Shown here piece after piece: positions 20,726 to 31,883 of a DNA stretch of 53,115 nucleotides (positions within the stretch are counted from its first letter, which is position 1; the number at the start of each line of letters is the position of its first letter). This DNA comes from an uncultured PS1 clade bacterium (GTDB lineage Bacteria > Pseudomonadota > Alphaproteobacteria > MED-G09). A program made the translations under genes and the position numbers. The notes below the pieces were generated by a model. The model searched no databases. It saw only the letters and a program-made list of their open reading frames with translations, and was not told where the DNA came from. The stretch spans positions 1-53,115 of the forward strand of contig CACANC010000005.1 of NCBI GenBank assembly GCA_902533755.1. Reading direction: 5' to 3'.

Positions 20726-21652
20726 ATGCTTAAAGAAACACAGTTTATAAAAAATTATATAAAAAAGAGTACGATGCAAACTAAACATTCATTAAATTTT
20801 GAAGATGATGTAGCTGTAGTTAATAACTTTGCATATTCAACAGATACCATTGCAGAAGATATACATTTCTTTAGAGATGATAACCCTAAAACAATAGCTA
20901 AGAAATTAATACGAGTTAACATCAGCGACTTAATCTCTAAGGGAGTTAAGCCAAAGTTTTGTTTATTAAATTTTTCCTCAGGGAAATCAATTAATCAAAG
21001 ATGGTTGGATTCTTTTTTTAGATCTTTTCATGAAGATCTGAAGCATTATAACCTTAATCTTATTGGCGGTGATACTATTGCAACAAAAAATAAGACTGTT
21101 TTAAGCCTTACAATATTTGGACCAGTTAAATCAAAAAAAATTATAAAAAGATCATCAGCAAAATTATCAGATCTGGTTTATGTAAGCGGAACAATTGGTG
21201 ATGCCTTTATTGGAATGAGTATTAAAAAGAAACAAATTAAATTTGATAAAAGTGCAAAAGAAAAATTGATATTAAAATATCTTGTGCCTCAACCACAAAC
21301 AAACTTAATTAATTTAATTAGAAATAAAGCAAATGCCTCCACTGATATTTCCGATGGATTATTAAATGATTTAAATAATATTTGTACAATGAGTAAACTA
21401 GGCGCTGAAATTCAATTTTCATCAATTCCAAAATCAAACGAAGTTATTGAATTTTTAAATTCTTATAAAAGATATGAAAAATTAATTCTAATAGGCGGCG
21501 ATGATTATCAAATTTTATTTACAGGGCCAAAAGGATTAGATAAGCACAAAAATGTTACAAAGATTGGTCGAATGACTAGAAAAAAAGGGATAAAAATTAT
21601 TGATAAAAATTTTAATAATTTATTAGGAGGCTTTTCTCATTCATTATATTAA
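20726..21652 (+). CDS. thiL: thiamine-monophosphate kinase
   Basis: EDDVAVV...STDTIAEDIHF...GGDT. AIR-synthase-like fold pattern, located after nusB. Confidence 0.88.
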   Translation: MLKETQFIKNYIKKSTMQTKHSLNFEDDVAVVNNFAYSTDTIAEDIHFFRDDNPKTIAKKLIRVNISDLISKGVKPKFCLLNFSSGKSINQRWLDSFFRSFHEDLKHYNLNLIGGDTIATKNKTVLSLTIFGPVKSKKIIKRSSAKLSDLVYVSGTIGDAFIGMSIKKKQIKFDKSAKEKLILKYLVPQPQTNLINLIRNKANASTDISDGLLNDLNNICTMSKLGAEIQFSSIPKSNEVIEFLNSYKRYEKLILIGGDDYQILFTGPKGLDKHKNVTKIGRMTRKKGIKIIDKNFNNLLGGFSHSLY

Positions 21653-21723
21653 GCTTTAACTTGATATTTATATTAACTTTTGGCATGTTCGCTCAGTATT
21701 TATATAAGGATTCGGAGGATTAA

Positions 21724-23826
21724 ATGGAAATCATTCACTTAATAATAGGAGCAGGTGTTTTAGCTGTAGTCTATGGTATTTTTACATCGATTTCAGTGCT
21801 TTCAGCGGATACTGGAAATGAAAAAATGCAGGAAATTGCTGGCGCGATTCAAGAGGGTGCAAGCGCATATTTATCTAGGCAATACTCTACTATTGCTATA
21901 GTTGGTTTAGTAATATTGGTGATTTCATATTTTCTACTTGGATTAGAGGTTTCTGTAGGTTTTCTTATTGGAGCAGTGCTATCTGGAATTGCTGGATACA
22001 TTGGAATGCTTGTATCAGTTAGAGCAAATGTAAGAACAACTCAAGCAGCCTCAAACAGTTTGGCTGAAGGCTTAAGTATTGCATTCAAATCAGGAGCCGT
22101 AACGGGTATGCTTGTTGCTGGCCTGGCATTACTTGCCGTTGCCGTTTATTATTATGTTTTAACAACTCTATGGATTCCTCAAAATGACAGAATAGTTATA
22201 GATGCTCTAGTAGCTTTAGGTTTCGGTTCTTCTTTAATTTCTATTTTTGCTAGACTTGGAGGCGGTATTTTTACAAAAGGTGCTGATGTTGGCGGTGATT
22301 TAGTTGGTAAGGTTGAAGCCGGAATACCTGAAGACGATCCTAGAAACCCTGCAACAATTGCTGATAATGTTGGTGATAATGTTGGCGATTGTGCTGGTAT
22401 GGCAGCTGATTTATTTGAAACTTATGCTGTAACAGTTGTTGCCACAATGGTTTTGGCTTCAATATTTTTTGCAGGAAATGAAACCATGATGATTTATCCT
22501 TTATCAATATGTGGAGCTTGTGTAATTACATCTATTCTTGGAACATATTTTGTTAAATTAGGAAAAAGCAACTCTATTATGGGTGCTCTTTATAAAGGAT
22601 TTATTGCAACTGCAATTCTTTCATTATTTGTTCTTTATTTTGTTACTGATTTAGTTGTTGGTTTTGGAACCTCTCTAACTATATCAGGAAAGAGTTTTAA
22701 TGGTTTAGATTTATACATATGTGGTGTAACAGGATTAGCAATAACAGGTTTAATCATTTGGATTACAGAATATTATACAGGCGTAGACTATAGACCGGTT
22801 AAATCAATTGCAAAATCTTCTGAAACAGGACATGGAACAAATGTCATACAGGGATTAGCAATTTCAATGGAATCAACAGCTCTTCCTGCTTTAGTGATTG
22901 TTTTTGGGATTATTATTACTTATTCATTAGCGGGGCTTTTTGGTATTGCTATTGCAGTAACTACAATGTTGGCGCTAGCAGGTATGGTTGTTGCTTTAGA
23001 TGCTTTTGGTCCCGTTACAGATAATGCGGGCGGTATAGCCGAAATGTCTGAACTTCCTGAAGAAGTTAGAAACACAACTGATTCTTTAGATGCTGTTGGT
23101 AATACAACAAAAGCAGTTACAAAAGGTTATGCAATTGGATCAGCTGGTTTAGGTGCATTAGTTCTTTTTGGTGCTTATACTGCAGATTTAGAATATTTCT
23201 CATCTAATGCTGCTGAGGGAAGTTATTTCTTTGGAGTGAATCCTGACTTTTCTCTTTCAAACCCTTATGTTGTTGTTGGTTTATTAGTTGGTGGTATGCT
23301 TCCTTACTTATTTGCGGCATTAGGAATGACTGCAGTTGGGCGTGCAGGCTCAGCTATTGTTGAAGAAGTAAGAAAGCAGTTTAAGGAAAAACCAGGAATT
23401 ATGACTGGAGAAGATAAACCTGATTATAGTTCGGCTGTTGATCTACTAACAAAATCTGCAATTAAAGAGATGATTGTGCCATCTTTACTACCTTTATTAT
23501 CGCCAATAGTCCTTTTTTATACTGTTAATTTTATTGCTACAAAAAGTGATGCATTTTCAGCTCTTGGAGCAATGCTTCTAGGCGTTATTGTTACAGGATT
23601 ATTTGTTGCTCTTTCTATGACTGCCGGAGGTGGCGCATGGGATAATGCAAAAAAATATATTGAAGATGGTAATTATGGTGGAAAAGGCTCTGAAGCTCAT
23701 AAAGCTGCAGTAACGGGCGATACGGTTGGTGACCCTTATAAGGACACCGCAGGACCAGCTGTTAACCCTATGATCAAGATAACTAATATTGTAGCTTTAT
23801 TATTATTGGCAGTTTTAGCGCATTAA
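21724..23826 (+). CDS. hppA: membrane-bound proton/sodium-translocating pyrophosphatase
   Basis: 700 aa, polytopic, with [29 protein letters not shown] and [14 protein letters not shown]. Confidence 0.96.
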   Translation: MEIIHLIIGAGVLAVVYGIFTSISVLSADTGNEKMQEIAGAIQEGASAYLSRQYSTIAIVGLVILVISYFLLGLEVSVGFLIGAVLSGIAGYIGMLVSVRANVRTTQAASNSLAEGLSIAFKSGAVTGMLVAGLALLAVAVYYYVLTTLWIPQNDRIVIDALVALGFGSSLISIFARLGGGIFTKGADVGGDLVGKVEAGIPEDDPRNPATIADNVGDNVGDCAGMAADLFETYAVTVVATMVLASIFFAGNETMMIYPLSICGACVITSILGTYFVKLGKSNSIMGALYKGFIATAILSLFVLYFVTDLVVGFGTSLTISGKSFNGLDLYICGVTGLAITGLIIWITEYYTGVDYRPVKSIAKSSETGHGTNVIQGLAISMESTALPALVIVFGIIITYSLAGLFGIAIAVTTMLALAGMVVALDAFGPVTDNAGGIAEMSELPEEVRNTTDSLDAVGNTTKAVTKGYAIGSAGLGALVLFGAYTADLEYFSSNAAEGSYFFGVNPDFSLSNPYVVVGLLVGGMLPYLFAALGMTAVGRAGSAIVEEVRKQFKEKPGIMTGEDKPDYSSAVDLLTKSAIKEMIVPSLLPLLSPIVLFYTVNFIATKSDAFSALGAMLLGVIVTGLFVALSMTAGGGAWDNAKKYIEDGNYGGKGSEAHKAAVTGDTVGDPYKDTAGPAVNPMIKITNIVALLLLAVLAH

Positions 23827-23878
23827 GTGCTTAATAAAATTTTATAATTATACTAAGTATATCTATTAATGATTCTTT

Positions 23879-25063
23879 TTGTTAATGGATATACTCGTGT
23901 ATAAAAAAGCTAAATATGCAACCGATTTTCATAATAGCAGGGGAAGATTTTATTCTGAACCAGAAAGCGAACATCGAAATCCCTTTCACAGGGATAAGGA
24001 TAGAGTTATTCACTCAGAACATTTTCGTTTATTAAAGCATAAAACTCAGGTTTTTATCGCTCATACTGAAGACTACTATAGAACCAGACTTACTCATTCA
24101 ATTGAAGTTAGCCAAATAGCCCGAACTATTGCTCGTATTTTGAGATTAGACGAAGATTTATCAGAGGTATTAGCCTTGTCACATGATTTAGGACATCCGC
24201 CTTTTTCACATTCTGGTGAGGAAGCCTTAGATGAATGTATGAGAGATTTCGGAGGATTTGATCATAATGTCCAGACACTTAAAATTGTTACTGGATTGGA
24301 AAAAAGATATCCTGATTTTGGTGGATTAAATCTTTCTTGGGAAACATTAGAAGGAATATTAAAGCATAATGGCCCAATTAAAGATTATAAAAATAAATCT
24401 CCAATAGGGTTTTTTGTAAAAGATTTTATTTCAAATTATGATTTAGAGATTTCTACTTTTGCAAGTTTAGAGGCACAGATTTCTTCTTTATCAGATGATA
24501 TAGCGTATAATAATCATGATATTGATGACGGCTTTAGAGCAAAGAAATTCAAAATAAAAGATATATGTGAAATTGAATTAATTGATAAGATTTATCAAGA
24601 TATAATAGAGGAATATATTGGTCTCGATGATTTTATGATAATTCAAGAATTAGTCCGCAGACTGATCGGGTTTATGGTTAATGACTTATTAGCGCAAACA
24701 AACAATAATTTAGGAATATTAAAACCGCAAAGCGTCGAAGATATTAGATGTCATGATTATCCCATTGCAGCATTTTCTAATAAAATGAAAAAGCAAGACA
24801 AGGAGCTAAGAAAATTTTTACATGAAAGAGTTTATTCGCACTCTTCAATGGATAGCGATAGGAATAATGGACGCAAAATAATAAAAGAGCTTTTTGATGA
24901 ATTATTAACTAACAATGACCTTCTTCCTGTAAAAATAAAACAAGAATGTTATGATCAAAATATATCTAAAAAAGCAATTATTATATGTGATTTTATAGCG
25001 TCTATGACTGATCGATCTGCAACTGCGAATCATGCAAAGGTTATTGAACAAAAGAACTTATAG
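23879..25063 (+). CDS. dgt: dGTPase-like HD-domain triphosphohydrolase
   Basis: FHRDKDRVIHSEHFRLLKHKTQVF, RLTHSIEVSQIAR and HDLGHPPFSH. The track start is TTG; an ATG at 23885 is an alternative. Confidence 0.9.
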   Translation: MLMDILVYKKAKYATDFHNSRGRFYSEPESEHRNPFHRDKDRVIHSEHFRLLKHKTQVFIAHTEDYYRTRLTHSIEVSQIARTIARILRLDEDLSEVLALSHDLGHPPFSHSGEEALDECMRDFGGFDHNVQTLKIVTGLEKRYPDFGGLNLSWETLEGILKHNGPIKDYKNKSPIGFFVKDFISNYDLEISTFASLEAQISSLSDDIAYNNHDIDDGFRAKKFKIKDICEIELIDKIYQDIIEEYIGLDDFMIIQELVRRLIGFMVNDLLAQTNNNLGILKPQSVEDIRCHDYPIAAFSNKMKKQDKELRKFLHERVYSHSSMDSDRNNGRKIIKELFDELLTNNDLLPVKIKQECYDQNISKKAIIICDFIASMTDRSATANHAKVIEQKNL

Positions 25064-26794
25064 ATGGATATACTAGAAAAATATAAGAATATTTTAATTG
25101 TGGAGCTTAATAAATCTTATTCAAATGAAGATTTATCGAATATATCTTTTGAATTTCCAAGAGATACTTCTCACGGTGATTTTTCTACGAATGCGGCACT
25201 TGTTTTATCAAAAAAATTAAAAATGGACTCAGAACAGATATTTCTGGAAGTTAAAAAGTTTTTTGAAGATAGTGGCGATTTCAAAGATATCGTATTAGCA
25301 AAATCAGGTTTTATTAATTTTTTCGTTAAAGATTATGTTTTACATGATTTTATTCGAGAGGTTTTAAAAAATAGAGAAAATTTTGGAAAAAAAGACCTTG
25401 GGAAAGGAGAAAAGATTAACATTGAGTATGTTTCAGCTAACCCAACAGGACCTTTACATGTTGGTCATACAAGGGGAGCAGTTTTTGGTGATACGCTAGC
25501 TAATATATTTGATTTTGTGGGTTTTGATGTTTGTAGAGAATATTATATTAATGACTCAGGCGAGCAAATAAGAAATTTAGCAAAATCTGTTTATTTAAGA
25601 TATTTACAAAATTTTTCAGATAAAGAAATTGTAATACCTGATAACCTTTATCCTGGAGAGTATTTAATTCCTATAGCAAAAAAAATCAGTGACGAGCATG
25701 GAGAAAAATTCCTAGATAAAGCTGAGAGTGATTGGTTAGATTTTTTTATGAAAGAATCGATATCTAGTGTAATGAATATTATTAAAAGCGACCTTAAGTC
25801 TCTTGAAATAGATCATGATGTATTTATCTCAGAAAAAACGTTATTGGAAGAAGGTCATGTAAATAAAGCATATAAACACCTAGAGGATAAAAAACTGCTT
25901 TATAAGGGCAATACAAACCCACCTAAAGGAAGCAAAAAAGATGAATGGAGTGAAAAGCAGCATATTCTTTTTAAATCAAAAAATTTTGGAGATGATGAAG
26001 ATAGAGTTGTAAAAAAACATGATGGGCAATGGACTTATTTTATGCCAGATATTGCCTATCATTTGAATAAATATGAAAGAGGATTTATTCGGATGATAAA
26101 TATCTTTGGAGCTGATCATTCAGGATATATAGCCAGAATGAAGGCCGCTGTTAAAGCTGTAACTAATGAAAATGCAAATCTCGAAATCAAAACTTGTCAA
26201 TTGGTTCGTTTATCAAGAGGTGGAAGGCCTGTTAAGATGTCAAAAAGGGCAGGAAGTTTTATTACATTAAAAGAAATCGTTAATGAGGTTGGTAAGGATG
26301 CGGTCAGATTTATGATGGTTTCAAGAAAAAATGACGCACAATTAGATTTTGATTTCGAAGTTTTTAAAAATGAAAATAATGATAATCCTATCTTTTATAT
26401 CCAATATGCAAATGCAAGAATATCTTCGCTAATTAGAAATTCGAAAGAAAAACTTGGAAGAGATATTGAAGATAAAGATTTAATAAATGCCGATTTAGCT
26501 TTTTTGCAAAATGAAAATGAAAAAAAGATAATATTTCAAATAGCTAATTTTCCAAAAGTAATTGAGCAGTCAGTTACATTTATGGAGCCTCATAGGTTAT
26601 CATACTATTTAAGAGATCTCGCTTCTTCTTTTCATCAATATTGGAATTTAAAAATAGATAACAAACGCATTCATATATTAGATAAAAGTGAAATGGACCT
26701 ATCATTAGCTAGGGTAGCTCTGCTTTTTGCTGTTTCAATCACAATCCAAACTGGTTTAGGATTACTTGGAATTGAAGCAATCGAGGAGCTATAA
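25064..26794 (+). CDS. argS: arginine--tRNA ligase
   Basis: SANPTGPLHVGHTRG (HIGH-type motif), the MSKR loop, and a C-terminal anticodon-binding domain. Confidence 0.95.
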   Translation: MDILEKYKNILIVELNKSYSNEDLSNISFEFPRDTSHGDFSTNAALVLSKKLKMDSEQIFLEVKKFFEDSGDFKDIVLAKSGFINFFVKDYVLHDFIREVLKNRENFGKKDLGKGEKINIEYVSANPTGPLHVGHTRGAVFGDTLANIFDFVGFDVCREYYINDSGEQIRNLAKSVYLRYLQNFSDKEIVIPDNLYPGEYLIPIAKKISDEHGEKFLDKAESDWLDFFMKESISSVMNIIKSDLKSLEIDHDVFISEKTLLEEGHVNKAYKHLEDKKLLYKGNTNPPKGSKKDEWSEKQHILFKSKNFGDDEDRVVKKHDGQWTYFMPDIAYHLNKYERGFIRMINIFGADHSGYIARMKAAVKAVTNENANLEIKTCQLVRLSRGGRPVKMSKRAGSFITLKEIVNEVGKDAVRFMMVSRKNDAQLDFDFEVFKNENNDNPIFYIQYANARISSLIRNSKEKLGRDIEDKDLINADLAFLQNENEKKIIFQIANFPKVIEQSVTFMEPHRLSYYLRDLASSFHQYWNLKIDNKRIHILDKSEMDLSLARVALLFAVSITIQTGLGLLGIEAIEEL

Positions 26795-27424
26795 ATGAAT
26801 TTAATAAAATATATTAAATATGTTCTTTTAATATTTATAATTTTTGTATCTTTTTTAATTTATAAGATATTGTTCGATGAGAATGAGGTTTTAATTTTAA
26901 CAAATAATGACTCAATAAAAGAACAACCTATTAATCCTCCTGAAATGAAAGATCCAGAAATAACTCCATGTGTATATTCCCTTTGGAATGAAAATACCCC
27001 ATGTCAAAGTACTGAAGATTTATTAAATGCAAGAAAAGAAAAAAAGGGATTTTTTACAATTAGATATGCAACTTTTGAAAATTACAAAGATGCTCAATTA
27101 CATATAAAAAAGTTAAAAACTTTAAATGAGATTAATAAACTCAGGTTGGAAATTGAATCAATTCAGCAAGAAAAGAGCATAAGAATTAAGAAGGGTGATA
27201 CATTATCAAGAATTGCTGCATTATATAGAGTTTCTATCGATGATTTAACGCTTTTGAATTCAATAAAAGATCCAAGTAGAATAACTTTGAATCAAAAGCT
27301 ATTAATACCTATGAAAGAAAAATACCGAATCATATCAATTAACATTGATGGCTATAAAGAAGCAAAGAAGATTTGCGATATCCTTATTGATAATCAATTT
27401 ACCTGTTTAATCAAATCACAATAA
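26795..27424 (+). CDS. membrane-anchored SPOR-like protein with an embedded LysM motif
   Basis: N-terminal TM segment. LysM-like IKKGDTLSRIAALYRVSIDDLTLLNSI...LNQKLLIP. Flanking FTIRYATFENYKDAQ and YRIISINIDGYKEAKKICD look like SPOR half-repeats. Confidence 0.7.
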   Translation: MNLIKYIKYVLLIFIIFVSFLIYKILFDENEVLILTNNDSIKEQPINPPEMKDPEITPCVYSLWNENTPCQSTEDLLNARKEKKGFFTIRYATFENYKDAQLHIKKLKTLNEINKLRLEIESIQQEKSIRIKKGDTLSRIAALYRVSIDDLTLLNSIKDPSRITLNQKLLIPMKEKYRIISINIDGYKEAKKICDILIDNQFTCLIKSQ

Positions 27425-27573
27425 ATAAAATATAACTTAAAGCATTAATTTTTATTTATAAAGTATTGTTAATATTAAATTAATTATATTTAAAATAAGA
27501 TTTTTTTAGATACTCTTTTCTTAAATAGCATTTAATTAGTGTTTTTAGTAATGATAGGCGCTATATATAGTGC

Positions 27574-28356
27574 ATGGATAGCAATGGTCAATTAAATTTC
27601 TTTGTTGATTTAGATGGATTCGAGGGACCATTAGATCTTCTTTTATCTTTAGCTAAAGAACAAAAAGTTGATTTACTAGAAATTTCAATTTTGGAATTAG
27701 CAAGTCAGTATTTAGATTTTCTTACTGAAATGGATTCCCGCGATATTGAACTTGCCGCTGATTATTTAGTTATGGCCTCATGGCTTGCTTATCTTAAATC
27801 CAAGCTATTACTTCCTATTGAGGAAATAGAACCTGGCGCAGAAGAAATGGCTGCAATTTTAGCTTTCAGACTAAGGCGATTAGAAGCAATGCGAAATGCT
27901 GGTAATAACCTTATGAATAGAAATCGTATTGGTGAAAGATTGTTTAGACGGGGAATGCCTGAAATAATTAAGACTGTAAAAACATATTCACAAAAAGATA
28001 AAATGTTTGATATTTTGAAATCATATAGTGAAGTCAGAAATAGAAATTATGTAGTAAATTGGTCGCCAAAACCTTTACCAATTCTTTCAATAGAGGATGC
28101 TCGAAAAAGATTAGAAGCAATGTTAGGCGTATCAATTGAATGGATAAATTTTTTAGATTTTATACCATCTTCCAAAGACACTAGTGAGAGAGCAACCGCT
28201 TTTAGAAGAAGTTCAGCTGCATCAATTTTTAATGTTAGTTTAGAAATGTCAAAAAAAGGATTAATAGAAATAAGCCAAAATAAGAACTTTGGCAATATAA
28301 GATTCAAGAACCTAGACAAGGAAGAAAGTAAAAATAAAGAGGAGATAAGAGCCTGA
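27574..28356 (+). CDS. scpA: segregation and condensation protein A
   Basis: GFEGPLDLLLSLAKEQKVDLLEISILELASQYL. Confidence 0.92.
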   Translation: MDSNGQLNFFVDLDGFEGPLDLLLSLAKEQKVDLLEISILELASQYLDFLTEMDSRDIELAADYLVMASWLAYLKSKLLLPIEEIEPGAEEMAAILAFRLRRLEAMRNAGNNLMNRNRIGERLFRRGMPEIIKTVKTYSQKDKMFDILKSYSEVRNRNYVVNWSPKPLPILSIEDARKRLEAMLGVSIEWINFLDFIPSSKDTSERATAFRRSSAASIFNVSLEMSKKGLIEISQNKNFGNIRFKNLDKEESKNKEEIRA

Positions 28357-29012
28357 TGAAAGAAAATAATTTTGATAACATTAAAGCGTCAATTAGCCAG
28401 AATGATCAATTAAGAATAGTTGAGGCGTTATTATTTGCCTCATCTGATCCTTTAGATAAGAAAACTTTATCTGAAAAATTACCTAAAAATTCAAATATAG
28501 ATGAAATAATTAATAGACTTGAAGATATTTATCAGAATAGAGGATTAGAATTAAAAAAAGTTGGTAATAAGTTTATGTTTAAAACAGCTGAAGATTTATC
28601 TTTTATAATGCAAAGAGAAGCTAAGGCCCAAAAGAAACTATCTAAAGCTGCTATAGAAACATTATCTATAATTGCATATCATCAACCAGTAACTAGAGCA
28701 GAAATAGAGGATATAAGAGGTGTTAATGTTTCACCTGGAACGATTGACACACTTTTGCAAATGAATTGGGTTAAAATTAAAGGTCGAAGAAAAGTTCTAG
28801 GTAATCCAATTGTATATGGAACAACAGATGAATTTTTGGTTCATTTTGACCTTGAGAACATTAAAGATCTTCCAGATATGAAAGAATTAAAATCAATGGG
28901 TCTTTTAGATAATAATCTTCCCACAGATTTATATCCTGAAAATATAATAAATGATAACGACATAGAAGAAATTGATGCTATAAATTCAATTGAGGTTAAT
29001 GGAGAAATTTAA
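28356..29012 (+). CDS. scpB: segregation and condensation protein B
   Basis: [13 protein letters not shown]...[23 protein letters not shown]. Confidence 0.92.
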   Translation: MKENNFDNIKASISQNDQLRIVEALLFASSDPLDKKTLSEKLPKNSNIDEIINRLEDIYQNRGLELKKVGNKFMFKTAEDLSFIMQREAKAQKKLSKAAIETLSIIAYHQPVTRAEIEDIRGVNVSPGTIDTLLQMNWVKIKGRRKVLGNPIVYGTTDEFLVHFDLENIKDLPDMKELKSMGLLDNNLPTDLYPENIINDNDIEEIDAINSIEVNGEI

Positions 29013-29185
29013 TGTTTCCAAGTTGGTTACAGATTTTACTTGTTGTAATGTTGGCGCTTATTTTTTTTGGTAGAGGTAAGATTTCAGATTTTATGACAGA
29101 TTTGGCTAGTGGTATTAAAAGTTTTAGAAAAGGTATGTCTGATGATGATGATACTGCTATCGAGGATAACGAAGATAAAGAATAA
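29012..29185 (+). CDS. tatA: Sec-independent translocase protein TatA (57 aa, below the ORF-track cutoff)
   Basis: Manual translation gives [47 protein letters not shown]..., which is a TM segment, FG(R)GK, an amphipathic helix and an acidic tail. TAATG overlap with scpB; located upstream of tatB and tatC. Confidence 0.85.
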   Translation: MFPSWLQILLVVMLALIFFGRGKISDFMTDLASGIKSFRKGMSDDDDTAIEDNEDKE

Positions 29186-29193
29186 TTTCCATT

Positions 29194-29451
29194 ATGTTTG
29201 ATTTTGGATTTAACGAGTTATTACTTTTAAGTATTTTGATAATTGTTTTTTTTGGACCTAAAGAATTACCAGTTGTTTTAAGGGCCATACACAATTTTTT
29301 TTCAAAATTATGGGTCTATTCAAAGGAGATAAGAACCTCTATCGAATCTCTTGTGGATGATATAGATATCCCAAATAAGAAAGAACTTAAAGATGTTGAA
29401 AAAGAAATCAATAGTATTGCCGAGGATATCGAGAACAAAAATAAAGAGTAA
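29194..29451 (+). CDS. tatB: Sec-independent translocase protein TatB
   Basis: MFDFGFNELLLLSILIIVFFGPKELPVVLR. Confidence 0.88.
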   Translation: MFDFGFNELLLLSILIIVFFGPKELPVVLRAIHNFFSKLWVYSKEIRTSIESLVDDIDIPNKKELKDVEKEINSIAEDIENKNKE

Positions 29452-29457
29452 TAGTTT

Positions 29458-30216
29458 ATGAATGAAGAAAGCATAGAAACTTCTAAAGCACCCTTAATCG
29501 ATCACTTTATCGAGCTAAGAACTAGAATATTAAGATCAATTTTTATTTTATCAGTAACATTTATATTTGCATTTATTTTTTCAGAAAATATTTATCTTTT
29601 TTTGGTTAATCCATATGAAGAAATAATGGGATCAAATAGTCAAATGATATACACAGCTCCTCAAGAATTTTTAATGGTAAAACTAAAAATTGCTTTGTTC
29701 GGAGGTTTATTGATCACCTTTCCTTATTTTTGTCTAGAAATATATTCTTTCATATCTCCAGGGCTTTATAAAAAAGAAAAGATTGCGATGGCGCCATATT
29801 TTATTTTTTCACCAATATTATTTTTAATTGGTGCTGTCACTGTTCAATTTTTTATTATGCCATTAGCTCTCAATTTTTTTTCTGATATGCAAATAAAAGA
29901 CTCAGATAGTATATCTGTATTAATGATGCCAAAGGTAAGTGAATATCTTAATCTAATTACATCACTTATAATTGCCTTTGGTTTGTGTTTTCAATTACCA
30001 GTTTTACTATCATTACTTGCTAGAGTTGGTTTTATTACTTCAGCTTATCTAAAAAAAGGAAGAAAATATGCAATTGTTTTAGTTTTTTTAATTGCAGCTT
30101 TTCTTACTCCCCCTGATCTTGTTAGTCAAATCGGTCTTGCTATACCAACATTAATTTTATATGAGATATCAATTTTAATTGTTTCAATGATTGAAAAAAA
30201 AAATAATAATGATTAA
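29458..30216 (+). CDS. tatC: Sec-independent translocase protein TatC
   Basis: LIDHFIELRTRIL with 6 TM segments and LTPPD. Confidence 0.93.
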   Translation: MNEESIETSKAPLIDHFIELRTRILRSIFILSVTFIFAFIFSENIYLFLVNPYEEIMGSNSQMIYTAPQEFLMVKLKIALFGGLLITFPYFCLEIYSFISPGLYKKEKIAMAPYFIFSPILFLIGAVTVQFFIMPLALNFFSDMQIKDSDSISVLMMPKVSEYLNLITSLIIAFGLCFQLPVLLSLLARVGFITSAYLKKGRKYAIVLVFLIAAFLTPPDLVSQIGLAIPTLILYEISILIVSMIEKKNNND

Positions 30217-30239
30217 GAAAAAAGGAAACATTTCAATTT

Positions 30240-31511
30240 ATGCACGATATTAATAAAATAAGACAAGAACCCGATGGGTTTTGTGATGGTTTAAAAAAAA
30301 GAGGCCTTGAAGTTGATATAGAAAAGATATTAGAGATTGATAGTAACTTAAGAGATAGTATTTCTGAAATTCAAAGTTTTCAAGAACGAAGAAATCAGAT
30401 TTCTAAAGAAGCTGGAAAAGCTAAGTCAGAAGGCAATGAGTCTGAATTTCTTAAACTTAATAAAGAGTCCCAAGAAATAAAAGATTCAATTAACAAAATT
30501 GAAGAGAATAAATTAGAAACCGAAAAAGAACTTAAAGATATTTTGTCTTCACTGCCAAATATTCCTTCAAATGATTTGCCTGTTGGAGACGATGAAAGTT
30601 TTAATGTTGAAATAAAAAAAGAAGGAGAGTTAATAAACAAAAAATCTCCTCATCACTATGAAATAGGCGAAGAATTGAATGAGCTTGATTTTGAAACTGC
30701 AGCTGAGTTATCTGGATCAAGATTTGTTATATCATCTGGAAAACTTGCTAAACTGGAAAGGGCGTTATCAAATTTTATGATAGATATCCATACTATTGAG
30801 CATGGCTATAAAGAAATAAACATTCCTTATTTGGTTAAGGAGGACTCAATGTTTGGAACAGGTCAATTACCAAAATTTAGTGAAGATCAGTATAAAACAG
30901 ATAATGATTTATGGTTAATACCTACTGCAGAAGTTCCTCTTACAAATCTTGTTAGAAAAAAAATTATAAGTGAAGAAGAACTGCCTTTGAGGTATACGGC
31001 ATTTTCTCAGTGTTTTAGAAAAGAAGCTGGTGCAGCTGGAAGAGATACTCGAGGAATGATTAGGCTTCATCAATTTCCTAAGGTTGAGCTAGTTAGCATA
31101 ACAAAACCAGAGGACTCTAATGATGAGCTAGAAAGAATGTTATCTTGTGCTGAGAAGATACTACAATTACTTGAATTACCTTATAGAGTTGTTTTGTTAG
31201 CAACTGGTGATATTGGTTTTTCAGCTCATAAAACATATGATTTAGAGGTCTGGTTTCCTTCCGAAAAAAAATACAGAGAAATTTCATCTTGCTCAAATTG
31301 TTTGGACTTTCAGTCCAGAAGAATGAATGCAAAATATAAAAGCAAAAATGATAAAAAAAATATCTTTTTACATACTTTGAATGGTTCTGGTGTTGCTGTT
31401 GGAAGGGCGTTGGCTGCAATTTTAGAGAATAATTATGATGAAACTGGACACATAAATATTCCTAAAGTTCTACAACCATACATGAATAATGAAAAGGTAG
31501 TAAAAATATAA
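30240..31511 (+). CDS. serS: serine--tRNA ligase
   Basis: N-terminal coiled coil and class II motifs (FRKEAGAAGRDTRGMIRLHQF, GSGVAVGR). Confidence 0.95.
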   Translation: MHDINKIRQEPDGFCDGLKKRGLEVDIEKILEIDSNLRDSISEIQSFQERRNQISKEAGKAKSEGNESEFLKLNKESQEIKDSINKIEENKLETEKELKDILSSLPNIPSNDLPVGDDESFNVEIKKEGELINKKSPHHYEIGEELNELDFETAAELSGSRFVISSGKLAKLERALSNFMIDIHTIEHGYKEINIPYLVKEDSMFGTGQLPKFSEDQYKTDNDLWLIPTAEVPLTNLVRKKIISEEELPLRYTAFSQCFRKEAGAAGRDTRGMIRLHQFPKVELVSITKPEDSNDELERMLSCAEKILQLLELPYRVVLLATGDIGFSAHKTYDLEVWFPSEKKYREISSCSNCLDFQSRRMNAKYKSKNDKKNIFLHTLNGSGVAVGRALAAILENNYDETGHINIPKVLQPYMNNEKVVKI

Positions 31512-31577
31512 ATTTTTTATATTTGATCTTTTTATATAACAAGATTATTGATCAAATATCTTAGAAAAGAGGATAAA

Positions 31578-31874
31578 ATGGAAAATAGTTTTTTAATTGC
31601 GCAATCATCAGGTGGTTTTTTTGTTCAAATCATACCATTAATTCTTATTTTTGCTATTTTTTGGTTTCTAATAATAAGGCCTCAGCAAAAAAAGATTAAA
31701 GACCACAATGCTATGGTTAGCAATGTGAAAAAGGGTGATCGTGTAGTTACAGGTGGAGGATTAATCGGAACAGTTACTGATGTTTCAGAAAATGAAGTAG
31801 ATGTTGATTTTGGTAATAATGTAAAAATTAAATCTCTTAAATCTACTTTAGCAGATGTGAAGTCAAAAGATTAA
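31578..31874 (+). CDS. yajC: preprotein translocase subunit YajC
   Basis: IIRPQQKKIKDHNAMVSNVKKGDRVVTGGGLIGTV. The ATG at 31578 with GAGGA upstream is preferred over the TTG at 31548. Confidence 0.9.
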   Translation: MENSFLIAQSSGGFFVQIIPLILIFAIFWFLIIRPQQKKIKDHNAMVSNVKKGDRVVTGGGLIGTVTDVSENEVDVDFGNNVKIKSLKSTLADVKSKD

Positions 31875-31883
31875 TAAACCTAA

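Noticed and set aside
27425-27573. The longer AT-rich intergenic regions (27425-27573, 38471-38593, 44722-44804), considered as possible sRNA or regulatory elements.
   Set aside because: I could see no stable stem-loops, repeats or conserved boxes. They most likely contain ordinary promoters for scpA, gyrA and the tRNA. I cannot support anything more specific without comparative or expression data.
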